DNA from: a virus
Lineage: Duplodnaviria > Caudoviricetes
Length of the DNA: 24,764 bases
Direction: 5' to 3' (one strand)
IMG/VR virus record: IMGVR_UViG_3300023180_000377
Coordinates: 1 to 24,764 of that record
Shown here: positions 8,767 to 16,620 of the stretch, piece by piece
Layout: the number at the start of each line of letters is the position of its first letter
Position numbering within the stretch: position 1 is the first letter of the stretch
The notes under the pieces: model-generated
Database searches by the model: none
What the model saw: only the letters and a program-made list of their open reading frames with translations
Told to the model about the DNA's origin: nothing
Position numbers and translations under genes: made by a program

Positions 8767-9272
8767 GGTGGGGCGGTGGCTGGGGTGGCCTTTGGGGCCT
8801 TTTGACTCCTGAGCGTTTTGAACCGCTCCAAGAGTCTTTCGATTCATCGCTTGACGGTGGAATCATCGACGGCGAAGCATGGGAAATCTTCCCACATCGG
8901 CGCGATGACCGGTTGCGGATGAGCGCTCTTATCTCGCTTCGGTGCGACCGGCGAGCGGCTGACGATGACGAGCTCGGGGTGGCCGACGACGACCGGCGCG
9001 GATGGTGGGCGGATGGCTTCGGCCAACGCCAGATTGGCTCGCGGTTGTGGCTTTTGGAGTCACGGAGCGTTAACGCTGAATCCGCTAGGCTTGCAAAAGA
9101 CTATATTTATGAGGCTCTTGAATGGATGATTGAAGATGGCTTGGCAGATGCGCTCGACGTGTCCACCGGTTATGCTGGTGGACGGTTGACCGTCTCGGTG
9201 GTTGTCATCAAGGCCGGCGACGCAACCCCCATCTTTGAAGAGCAAGACCTTTGGAGCATCTTCAATGGCTGA
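8763..9272 (+). CDS. Mu gp46-like baseplate protein with Trp/Gly N-terminal extension
   Basis: ISL-x-CDRRA, RRGWWAD, IGSRLWLL, A-x-DY-x-x-EALEWMIEDG. Confidence 0.9.
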   Translation: MRWGGGWGGLWGLLTPERFEPLQESFDSSLDGGIIDGEAWEIFPHRRDDRLRMSALISLRCDRRAADDDELGVADDDRRGWWADGFGQRQIGSRLWLLESRSVNAESARLAKDYIYEALEWMIEDGLADALDVSTGYAGGRLTVSVVVIKAGDATPIFEEQDLWSIFNG

Positions 9273-10356
9273 TACCGGATATACACCACCTACCCAAAGC
9301 GAGCTCATCGCGCGCATTGAAAGCGATTACAACGCGAAGACGAACAATGAAGACGCGCGGGTTGAGTTTTCGCCTGGCTGGATATTTACCCGAGTTTTGG
9401 CCGGCGCCGTGCGCTCGCTTCATGACGCGGTGGCGTATGGATATGAGCAAATCCTGCCGACCACGGCCGCTGAGTTCTGGCTTGGCGAGCACGCAAAGAT
9501 TCGCGGTGTGTCGCGCATCGCTGCAACCTTCGCGAGCGGTGACCTTGTTTTCACGGGCACGAATGGGACCACGTTGCCGGCTGGAACGGAAGTGCAGCGG
9601 GTTGAAGATGGGGTGTCGGCCACGGTGACCATTGGTGGAACGGTGGTGGCTGGTACGGTCACGGTCACGGTGCAGGCCGATGAAGCCGGGGCGGCTCCGA
9701 ATAGCGTGGCCGGTGTCAAGTGGGAGCTCGCCGGCACGGTGGCCGGCATTGATGCGGAGGGCGAGGTTGACGCCACAACTCCCATCACGGGTGGCCAGGA
9801 CGAAGAGAGCCTTGAGGATTGGCGCGAGCGAATCCTTATCGCTTGGCGGCAGCCGCCTGGAGCTGGCACGGTGGCTGACTATGAACGATGGGCGCGCGAA
9901 GTATCTGGGGTTGATCGCGTCTTTGTAGAGCCGTTAGAGTTCGGAGCCGGGACAGTCGGCGTGCGCTTTGTGGTCGATGGGGATGGGGTGGACAGCAACA
10001 CCATCATTCCATCACCGGCAGAGATTGCAGCGGTTGAAGCGGCGATTGATGCGAATCGACCCGTGACGGCTGCGGTAACGGTGACGCCCGTTGTATCCAG
10101 CCAAGTGAACTTCACTATTCAAGTTCAGCCTTCCGGCCTGGCAAGCGTTGAACAAGCCATTGAAGACGAGCTTAACCAGATGTTTATCCGCCTCGCTGCA
10201 CCGAGCTCGAGCGGTTACATCATTCAAGCGTCACAAATAAGCGCAGCCATTAGCAGTGCTGAGGGCGAAGAATATCACATTGTAACAAGCCCAGCGGGAG
10301 CCGTGGCGGCTTCGTCCAATGAAGTGTTGACGCTTGGAACGGTGACCTTCGTATGA
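9265..10356 (+). CDS. Baseplate J-like wedge protein (Mu gp47)
   Basis: Start moved to ATG 9265 (GGAG at 9253). QILPTTA, GGQDEESLEDWRERI, PPGAGTVADYERWAREVSGV, GAGTVGV, RPVTA. Confidence 0.93.
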   Translation: MADTGYTPPTQSELIARIESDYNAKTNNEDARVEFSPGWIFTRVLAGAVRSLHDAVAYGYEQILPTTAAEFWLGEHAKIRGVSRIAATFASGDLVFTGTNGTTLPAGTEVQRVEDGVSATVTIGGTVVAGTVTVTVQADEAGAAPNSVAGVKWELAGTVAGIDAEGEVDATTPITGGQDEESLEDWRERILIAWRQPPGAGTVADYERWAREVSGVDRVFVEPLEFGAGTVGVRFVVDGDGVDSNTIIPSPAEIAAVEAAIDANRPVTAAVTVTPVVSSQVNFTIQVQPSGLASVEQAIEDELNQMFIRLAAPSSSGYIIQASQISAAISSAEGEEYHIVTSPAGAVAASSNEVLTLGTVTFV

Positions 10357-10928
10357 GCGGGCCCGGTGGCTATACCGCGCTAACGGCGGATGACTACCTG
10401 ACGCTATTGCGGCGGCTGGGGCCGTCGGCTCGGTTGACGGCTTCGACGGCTGGCACGCGCTTTGACCAATGGCTTCAAGCGGCTGCGGAAGAGCTTGCGC
10501 GCGTTCATGCGGTCATGGTTGCGGCGGTCTATGCCGAAATGACACCAGAGACCGCAAGCCGAATTATTGAAGGATGGCTTGAAGCGGTGGGCATACCGGA
10601 TGACTGCGTGCCCGAAATACCGGCAACGCTTGGCGAGCAACAAGCCGTGGCGTTGGCGCGCTGGCTAGCCACGAACGGAGGCACCCCGGCTTTCTTTGAA
10701 GAAGTGGCGCTGAATCTTGGCTTTATCGTCACCGTCACTGAAAACCCGTATTCGGCCTTCCGAGTGGGCACCAGCCGCGCCGGCCAGCGACTTGGCCAAG
10801 CTGACCTTATTTACTATTGGCAGGTAGATGCCAGCGCAACGCTCACCGCTGAAGAGCGGGCGCTCTTGGAGTGCGAGATTAACCGACTAAAGCCGGCTCA
10901 TACCGTGGCCGTCTTCGTTTATAGCTAG
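10353..10928 (+). CDS. Mu gp48-like (DUF2313/YmfQ) baseplate protein
   Basis: GIPDDC, GG-x-TPAFF, FRVG-x-SRAGQRL, LECEINRLKPAHT. Confidence 0.9.
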   Translation: MSGPGGYTALTADDYLTLLRRLGPSARLTASTAGTRFDQWLQAAAEELARVHAVMVAAVYAEMTPETASRIIEGWLEAVGIPDDCVPEIPATLGEQQAVALARWLATNGGTPAFFEEVALNLGFIVTVTENPYSAFRVGTSRAGQRLGQADLIYYWQVDASATLTAEERALLECEINRLKPAHTVAVFVYS

Positions 10929-10935
10929 GTGAACC

Positions 10936-12027
10936 ATGTATCGAACCGACGCCACCGATAACACGGCCATAAAGCCAGCCAAGACCCCGATTGGGACCGC
11001 TGGCTTTTATCAAGACAGCTTGCCCGGTCAAGGCACCATCGTTGATGCAGAGCATATGAACACGATGATGGATGAGCTTGCGGCGCTGGTAGAGAACGCC
11101 GGCTTGACGCTGGATAAGGCCAATGATGCTCAAGCGTGGGATGCCATCGGTGGCGGTGCAGCGGCCAAAAGCGATGCCGCAAGCACGGGAAGCGTTACCA
11201 CGAACCACACGCGAGCCGTGGTAGCTTCAACCACTTCGCTCGCATCCGGTGGGAGCTCGGCCGTTCTGGCAAGCCAAGCGGCTGAAGTGACCTCGCCACG
11301 CTCTACCGTCATCGCATCAGTCAACACCAATGTCGATGGTGGCTCGCCGCTTTACGATTGTTCGGCCACCATCGCCTATGACGCAAGCGTGGCCGGCTTT
11401 GTGCCGACCAATCAAGGCAAGGCTTCGGCCATCATCGGTTGCAAAAGCACCAGCGGTGGAGAAGTCACGGTGAGCACCGATGCGGTGGCCTGCGTGGCGC
11501 TTGCTAGCGGCTCTGGTTTGGTCCAGATGGCGCTAGGCGCATCGTCATCTTACAATGCCGCAATCGCCTGCACCGGTGGCACGGTGGCCGGCTCAACGGC
11601 TTCGGCCATCATCGCCAGTGGTGCCGATTCGGTGAGCGCTTTGGCGCGACCACGGCTTGATGCGTGTGAGTTCTCCACGTTTATCTCTTGCGATGGTGAC
11701 GCGGATGTGACTGCTGACAACGTGGTCGTCCTGGCTTCGAGTTTCGGCGCCGGTCCTGGCCCCACCTTGGCAGACCCCAACACCGTCAACCTATACGATG
11801 GCAGTGGCAACCTCACGGTGAAGATGAAGGCCGGCACCGGGAAGCTCGAATGCGGCGACATCGAGCCAAACAACGCGACTCAAGCGCCTGGCGGTGGTGC
11901 TGCGGCGACGCTTGCCACCGTTGGCGGTCTTGGTCCGGCTGGCGCTGGCCAGGTGCAATGGTTGCAACTTCAGATTGGGCCACCGGGCGGCGTGAAGACG
12001 CAATACTTTATCCCGCTTTGGCAGTAG
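10936..12027 (+). CDS. Tail fibre / receptor-binding protein
   Basis: AGGTG RBS. Mu gpS-like N-terminal anchor (GTIVDAEHMNTMMDELAALVENAGLTLDK...Q...AI), then Ser/Ala-rich S-A-V/I-I-A-S repeats. Confidence 0.82.
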   Translation: MYRTDATDNTAIKPAKTPIGTAGFYQDSLPGQGTIVDAEHMNTMMDELAALVENAGLTLDKANDAQAWDAIGGGAAAKSDAASTGSVTTNHTRAVVASTTSLASGGSSAVLASQAAEVTSPRSTVIASVNTNVDGGSPLYDCSATIAYDASVAGFVPTNQGKASAIIGCKSTSGGEVTVSTDAVACVALASGSGLVQMALGASSSYNAAIACTGGTVAGSTASAIIASGADSVSALARPRLDACEFSTFISCDGDADVTADNVVVLASSFGAGPGPTLADPNTVNLYDGSGNLTVKMKAGTGKLECGDIEPNNATQAPGGGAAATLATVGGLGPAGAGQVQWLQLQIGPPGGVKTQYFIPLWQ

Positions 12028-12618
12028 TTACTTCGCGGTTTTCAGCGCTTTGACCATGGCGCGGAGCTGATTGCGCTCCCAGTTCTTTTTTACGGCTATC
12101 CAGACCTGGATATCAAAAGGCCAATTCTTTTCCACCTTGAGCGTCTTGCGAAGCACATACATGAGCTTTGGCGGCTTGCGCTTGTAGATGCGAAAGACGC
12201 CTTTGTCCCCGCTCTTCAGGTCTAAAACGATGTGGTTGCCTTTGGCAATCAAGCGGCCTGGCCATCGGCTTTGCGTGGTCTTTTGGGCTTTGGTTTTTCG
12301 GATGGCGCGCGGGATGGCAATGCTCCCCGCGTTCAATCCCGTCTTGATGCCGCCATGGCCCTGGCGCTCCATGAAGGCATCGCGAGAGCCGACTTCAGCG
12401 GTGAGCGTCTTTTTGTTCGCTCGAGTCACAACGATACCCTTCGACACCCACCTTGACCGGATGGTGAAATAGTGCGGCAGGTCTTCGCGTAGCTGGTCGC
12501 GCGCATCGTAAGCGGTCATATTAAGCGCGGTAGACATCGCAAAGGGTATTTGCTTGGCGATGCGCTTGGTGCGACGGTCAAAGCTGGCAGTATCGAACTT
12601 GAGGTTGACAAGCATCAT
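12028..12618 (-). CDS. Lambda gpZ-like / phage tail completion-type basic protein
   Basis: KQIPFAMSTALN-x-TA, FTIRS-x-W, RA-x-K-x-x-L-x-AEVG, Q-x-x-GG-x-K pattern; very basic. The family call is from recall. Confidence 0.6.
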   Translation of the reverse strand: MMLVNLKFDTASFDRRTKRIAKQIPFAMSTALNMTAYDARDQLREDLPHYFTIRSRWVSKGIVVTRANKKTLTAEVGSRDAFMERQGHGGIKTGLNAGSIAIPRAIRKTKAQKTTQSRWPGRLIAKGNHIVLDLKSGDKGVFRIYKRKPPKLMYVLRKTLKVEKNWPFDIQVWIAVKKNWERNQLRAMVKALKTAK

Positions 12619-12646
12619 AGACCCTTGGGTGGTGCTGGTATATTAT
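12618..12646 (+). promoter_or_regulatory. Candidate sigma70-type promoter for the lysis operon
   Basis: TAGACC (12618-12623), 17 bp spacer, TATTAT (12641-12646). ATG at 12654 lies 7 nt after the -10 box. Confidence 0.4.
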
Positions 12647-12653
12647 GCACGGC

Positions 12654-13421
12654 ATGTTAATCGAACGCACCTACTTGAACGCATGGGGCCGCATCGCCAA
12701 CCCGAACAATCGGAAACTTCGCGAGCGCTACGCGGAGCTCTGCACGGATGTCATCATCAACTTGAATGATGGGAACGCGCGCGAAACGTGGTTTACGTTT
12801 TACCAGCTCGACGACTATGCGAACGCCGTCGATGAGCTCGAGGACCTTGGTTGCCACGTTCACTTCATGACGTGGGTGCGTCCGAAGGCGCCATGGCTTA
12901 ACGGCATGATTGATGATTGCCTTGAGCTACTCGACCGGACGCAAGCCAGAAGTCTGCTATGCGACCTTGAAGGGCCTTGGGCAAGGTCTAAAGCATCCGA
13001 GCGCGAAGATGCGGCGGAAGCCATCGGAGAAGCCTTTTGCGGCCGTGATTGGGGCTTTACAGACGTTCCCATGGTGAAGTGGTCTAAAGTGGCGTCGATA
13101 GCAGAGCGCGCAGCTTATTGGATGCCACAGTGCCACACTTTTGGCCGCCGCAATGGCATCAAGCCCCGGCCGTGGTATCGGACACCGGGCAAGCTCGAGC
13201 GGTGGACCCATAAAAAGTGGGGCAAGCGGCTAGAAGTCGGCCAGCGCATCATCCCTCACCTGGCGGACTACAACGTTGGCTCTTACCGGCAGACGGCGCC
13301 AGGGCTGCGGGAAAGCATCGCAACGTGCCATGAGCTTGGGTATACTGAGATTGCGGCATGGTGCCCGTTGAAAGGGCCAAAAAACCCCCAGGTATGGAAG
13401 GGCTTGAAGTATGAGCGATGA
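12654..13421 (+). CDS. Putative endolysin, TIM-barrel glycoside hydrolase-like (DxE)
   Basis: LLCDLEGPW (DxE after a beta strand), YWMPQCH, alternating alpha/beta pattern. First gene before the holin-like genes. Alternative start 12645. Confidence 0.5.
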   Translation: MLIERTYLNAWGRIANPNNRKLRERYAELCTDVIINLNDGNARETWFTFYQLDDYANAVDELEDLGCHVHFMTWVRPKAPWLNGMIDDCLELLDRTQARSLLCDLEGPWARSKASEREDAAEAIGEAFCGRDWGFTDVPMVKWSKVASIAERAAYWMPQCHTFGRRNGIKPRPWYRTPGKLERWTHKKWGKRLEVGQRIIPHLADYNVGSYRQTAPGLRESIATCHELGYTEIAAWCPLKGPKNPQVWKGLKYER

Positions 13422-13692
13422 CGGCGGATGGCTTCGGGCGAATGTCGGGACGGTGGTTGGCTGGTGTCTCACGGTCCTTGCGGTGGCCAGCTTTGCCGGC
13501 ACACTCTATGCGGATGTGAACCATATGGCGTCCGAAGTGGCCGACAATAAGAAGCGCCTAGAACGCTATGAAGAGCGCTTGCGGCCGGTCGAAACATTGG
13601 TTGTGCAGCTCGCCTCGCTGCGAGAAGACCTGCGGCAGATGCGGTCCGAGCTTGCAGAGATTAGGCGGCTTCTGTTAAAACAACGGCAATGA
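13411..13692 (+). CDS. Membrane protein with one TM segment plus coiled coil (holin/antiholin-like)
   Basis: TM VGTVVGWCLTVLAVASFAGTLYA followed by a heptad-rich charged tail. Lysis context. Confidence 0.55.
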   Translation: MSDDGGWLRANVGTVVGWCLTVLAVASFAGTLYADVNHMASEVADNKKRLERYEERLRPVETLVVQLASLREDLRQMRSELAEIRRLLLKQRQ

Positions 13693-13877
13693 AAGCACTT
13701 TTAGACAAGGCGCTCGGCAAGTTTGCGAGCCGAAAACTCATCGCGTTCGGGGTGTCAACCGCTGCGCTCTTCGGTGGCCATCTCGAGGGCTCTGAATGGG
13801 CCAATATCGCCATTGCCTACGTGAGCAGCCAAGCCGTGGTTGATACGGCCATCGCAATGATTAAGGCGCGAAAATGA
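13689..13877 (+). CDS. Putative holin (62 aa, 2 TM)
   Basis: SRKLIAFGVSTAALF...W-x-x-IAIAYVSSQAVVD pattern, basic C-terminus, ATGA coupling on both sides. Confidence 0.7.
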   Translation: MKALLDKALGKFASRKLIAFGVSTAALFGGHLEGSEWANIAIAYVSSQAVVDTAIAMIKARK

Positions 13878-14224
13878 TGGCCGGTGTGGCCGGCGCACTA
13901 AAGAAGGCCGGTGGCTGGCTTTTGGGCGTGGTGCTCATCGTGCCAACCACTATCGCGCTTTATCTTTGGGGCCGGTCCTGGCGCAGCAAAGCGCAAGGCT
14001 ACCGCAAGCACATTGAGACCCTTCGCGGTGCCATCGAAGCCGCTGAAGAGCGGGCCAAGGCTCAAGCCGAAGCGGCTGGCAGGTATGCGGAGCAAGCCAA
14101 AGCGCTCGAAGAGCGAACGGCGAAGCTCTTGGAGAACATCAAAGCCGCTGAAGCGGACATCGACGCCATTGAATCGACGGCCGGCAAGGTCAACGCGGCT
14201 TTTGGGCTCGATGATGCGGACTAG
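13874..14224 (+). CDS. i-spanin-like protein (N-terminal TM plus coiled coil)
   Basis: TM WLLGVVLIVPTTIALYLWG followed by an Ala/Glu-rich coiled coil. Follows the holin. Confidence 0.55.
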   Translation: MMAGVAGALKKAGGWLLGVVLIVPTTIALYLWGRSWRSKAQGYRKHIETLRGAIEAAEERAKAQAEAAGRYAEQAKALEERTAKLLENIKAAEADIDAIESTAGKVNAAFGLDDAD

Positions 14225-14612
14225 GGTGGTGGCGCTGGTGGCGCTGGCGAGCGTCTTGATGGCGTCCAAGCCATGCCCACAAGCCTTTGAACTGAGCGAA
14301 GGCGCTGCGGCACCTTGCACGGGCGTGCTTTTCCCTGAGCGCGTGGCGGTTGAATGCGTACAGCTCAAGGTATCGGTCTTGCCACGGCTTGAGCTTGAGC
14401 TTAAGCACGAAAAAGACGCAAGCCGGCTCGAGCTCCAAAAGGCAGAAGCGCTGGCCGGTGCATATCGGACTGAAGCCGATAAGCTCCGAGAGCTTTTGAA
14501 GCAGCGCCAGCCAGCGGTTGAGCCGTTGCCAGCGTGGGGCATTGCGACGATTGGCGCGGCCGTGGGCGCGGTGATAGTGGGGGCGGTGTGGCTAGCAGTG
14601 GAGCTCCGATGA
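14211..14612 (+). CDS. Spanin-like partner: signal peptide, coiled coil, C-terminal TM
   Basis: Start moved to ATG 14211/14214. MRTRVVALVALASVLMA signal, GAAAPCTGVLF, coiled coil, hydrophobic C-terminus WGIATIGAAVGAVIVGAVWLAV. Confidence 0.5.
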   Translation: MMRTRVVALVALASVLMASKPCPQAFELSEGAAAPCTGVLFPERVAVECVQLKVSVLPRLELELKHEKDASRLELQKAEALAGAYRTEADKLRELLKQRQPAVEPLPAWGIATIGAAVGAVIVGAVWLAVELR

Positions 14613-15838
14613 CACTTGAAGAGCTGAAGGATTCAGAGCATTACGCCATTGTAGGTCGCAACGCTCGCAACTATCAGCACCAGCGAACGGCTTCAAAGCT
14701 GGGCATCACTAATGAGCAAGCCAAAGAGCTTCACCAAGCCATCCGCGATGAAGGCAAGCCGGCGCCGGTGGAAGAAAGCCCCGGCCTTGATGAAGTCGAA
14801 GCGACCGGCATGGCCGATGAGCTTCGCCAGCTCAAGAGCGCTTTAAAACAAAGTCGTCGAAGTCAATTTGAGCGGCGCAAGCTCCGCAAGCTCGCCTTCA
14901 AGCTGGCCGAAAAGCCGGCCAAGGCTCCACGATGGGTCCACCAAGCTAAAGCGATACGGGGCAGCGCTGGCACGCCAACGCTTTTGCTGAGTGACCTGCA
15001 TTGGGGCGAAGTGGTTCGCGAGTATGAGGTCTTCGGCTTGAATGCGTATGATGTGGACATAGCTCGCGAGCGGTTGAAGCGCGTTATCAAGGGAACCATC
15101 GATCTTCTACGGTCCCACATCGTAAGCCCTGGCGGCTACCCCGGCATTGTGGTTGCGCTTGGTGGTGATATGGTCTCCGGTGGCATACACCCTGAGCTCT
15201 TGGCGACCGATGAGATGCCACCGATTGCGGCGACGCTTGACCTTCGTGATCACCTAGTGGCCGGCTTGCGTTTACTAGCTGACGAATTTGGTAACGTCTT
15301 CGTTCCTTGCGTCGATGGCAACCATGACCGGAGCACCAAGCGCACCTTTGCCAAGGCCAGGGCAGAGCATAGCTATGGCTGGATGCTGTATTGCTTGCTT
15401 GAGCGGGAGTTTGCCAACGATGACCGCATCACGGTCCAGGTGAGCGAAGAGACCGACCTTCTTTATGATTGCGCGGGGCTTCGCTACCTTTTGACTCATG
15501 GCGATTCAATGGGGGTGAAGGGTGGCAACGGCATCATTGGTGCGCTTGGCCCCATCATGCGCGGCTATAAGAAGACGGCCGCAAGCATGGCGGCGGTTGG
15601 GCGTGGCTTTGATGTCATTGTGATGGGCCATTGGCACCAATATCTTGCGCTTCGGGATGTGCGCGTCAATGGCACGCTGAAGGGTTATGACGAGTACGCA
15701 CGCCAGCAACGCTTCCACTATGAGCCACCGTCCCAAAGCCTTTGGCTGACGCATCCAAAGCACGGCATCACGCTATCTATGCCCGTCCTGGCCGATGAGC
15801 CAAGAAAGGGCGCGCAGGGCTTCAACAGCAATCTCTGA
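14609..15838 (+). CDS. Calcineurin-like metallophosphoesterase with N-terminal helical/coiled-coil extension
   Basis: Start moved to ATG 14609 (GGAG RBS, ATGA overlap). All five motifs present: SDLHWGE, GGDMVSG, GNHDR, THGD, GHWH. Confidence 0.88.
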   Translation: MTLEELKDSEHYAIVGRNARNYQHQRTASKLGITNEQAKELHQAIRDEGKPAPVEESPGLDEVEATGMADELRQLKSALKQSRRSQFERRKLRKLAFKLAEKPAKAPRWVHQAKAIRGSAGTPTLLLSDLHWGEVVREYEVFGLNAYDVDIARERLKRVIKGTIDLLRSHIVSPGGYPGIVVALGGDMVSGGIHPELLATDEMPPIAATLDLRDHLVAGLRLLADEFGNVFVPCVDGNHDRSTKRTFAKARAEHSYGWMLYCLLEREFANDDRITVQVSEETDLLYDCAGLRYLLTHGDSMGVKGGNGIIGALGPIMRGYKKTAASMAAVGRGFDVIVMGHWHQYLALRDVRVNGTLKGYDEYARQQRFHYEPPSQSLWLTHPKHGITLSMPVLADEPRKGAQGFNSNL

Positions 15839-16077
15839 TGGCTTCCAGCTCATATCGGATGCCTGACATCCTGCTAAGCGTTGCAGCGTACTGCCTGCCC
15901 ATGGGGCAGACAGTAGAGATTGAATGCACGCCGTGCTACCTGAAGGGCAACAGCCACCACATATGGGTGGGCAGGTGCGCCAAATGCGGTGACATCTTAG
16001 CAAGCTGCGATGACTCGGATTGCTTTTACAACATCGAATGCCGGTGCTTGATTAACAAAGCTCGCGAATCTGAATAA
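15838..16077 (+). CDS. Small Cys-rich (putative Zn-binding) protein
   Basis: TGATG coupling. 9 Cys including CTPC and CAKC. Confidence 0.5.
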   Translation: MASSSYRMPDILLSVAAYCLPMGQTVEIECTPCYLKGNSHHIWVGRCAKCGDILASCDDSDCFYNIECRCLINKARESE

Positions 16078-16393
16078 CGCCACTGTGATAGGTGCGCCAT
16101 CCTTCACCCGGTGGCCGAACCCGGAACTGATGCGGATGCGTGCCAATGGGCTGGCCGGTGCTATCCCATGAAACTTGCCACCGGCCGGCCGCTTCTTCCG
16201 TGGCGTCGATGGTTCCAAGCACCACCGTGCTTGCTTCCTGGTCGATGCATATGCGCCATTCGACATCATAGCCGGTGCCATCCACGGGCGTTCCGGCGCT
16301 GTCTTCGTAGAGCTCGAAGGTGAACTTGGCCACATCTTCGGTGAAAAACCAATCATCAACACCAAAGTTCAAAGGTTGCGCGCGCGTCGTCAT
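16052..16393 (-). CDS. Single beta-sandwich protein resembling BppU-N/adaptor-type virion domains
   Basis: FTFELY...GTPVDGTGYDVEWRI...G-x-WQVSW...G-x-H-x-HQFRV...SGVIQI pattern. Coupled to the upstream gene. Confidence 0.5.
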   Translation of the reverse strand: MTTRAQPLNFGVDDWFFTEDVAKFTFELYEDSAGTPVDGTGYDVEWRICIDQEASTVVLGTIDATEEAAGRWQVSWDSTGQPIGTHPHQFRVRPPGEGWRTYHSGVIQIRELC

Positions 16394-16620
16394 TGTGTGT
16401 CATCCTCGAGGCTGGTGAGCCACGCTTGAAGGTTGCTATGCGTTAGGTGAAGCCGCCACGGCTTGCTTGGCATCATAGCGGCTTTGGCTTCGAGTGCCAC
16501 CAAGAGCTTCTTTGCGTGGTGGACCAATGCCGTGCATTCAGCATCGCAAAACACGCGAGGGCGACCCCGGCCTGGCTTGGCCGGTGGTAGCTTTTGCTGG
16601 CAGGCTTTGCAGCGCATCAA
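16390..16620 (-). CDS. Small zinc-finger protein (FCS-like)
   Basis: CKAC...GRGRPRVFCDAEC. Coupled on both sides. Confidence 0.65.
   Translation of the reverse strand: MMRCKACQQKLPPAKPGRGRPRVFCDAECTALVHHAKKLLVALEAKAAMMPSKPWRLHLTHSNLQAWLTSLEDDTQ

Noticed and set aside
1-12027. Transposable Mu-like prophage, tailocin or eCIS
   Set aside because: No transposase or MuB is present, and linked replication, recombination, resolvase and cos-like elements indicate an autonomous phage.
12605-12610. Perfect TTGACA as the -35 of the lysis promoter
   Set aside because: It is 28-30 bp from the nearest -10-like hexamer.
10936-12618. Invertible fibre segment or diversity-generating retroelement
   Set aside because: No invertase, reverse transcriptase, flanking inverted repeats or duplicated fibre segment was seen.
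13911-14210. Long upstream extensions in the ORF track (13911, also 9202, 14534, 17057, 18796, 23545, 24038, 24378)
   Set aside because: They overlap neighbouring genes or regulatory DNA. Downstream ATGs with RBS or stop-start coupling fit better.
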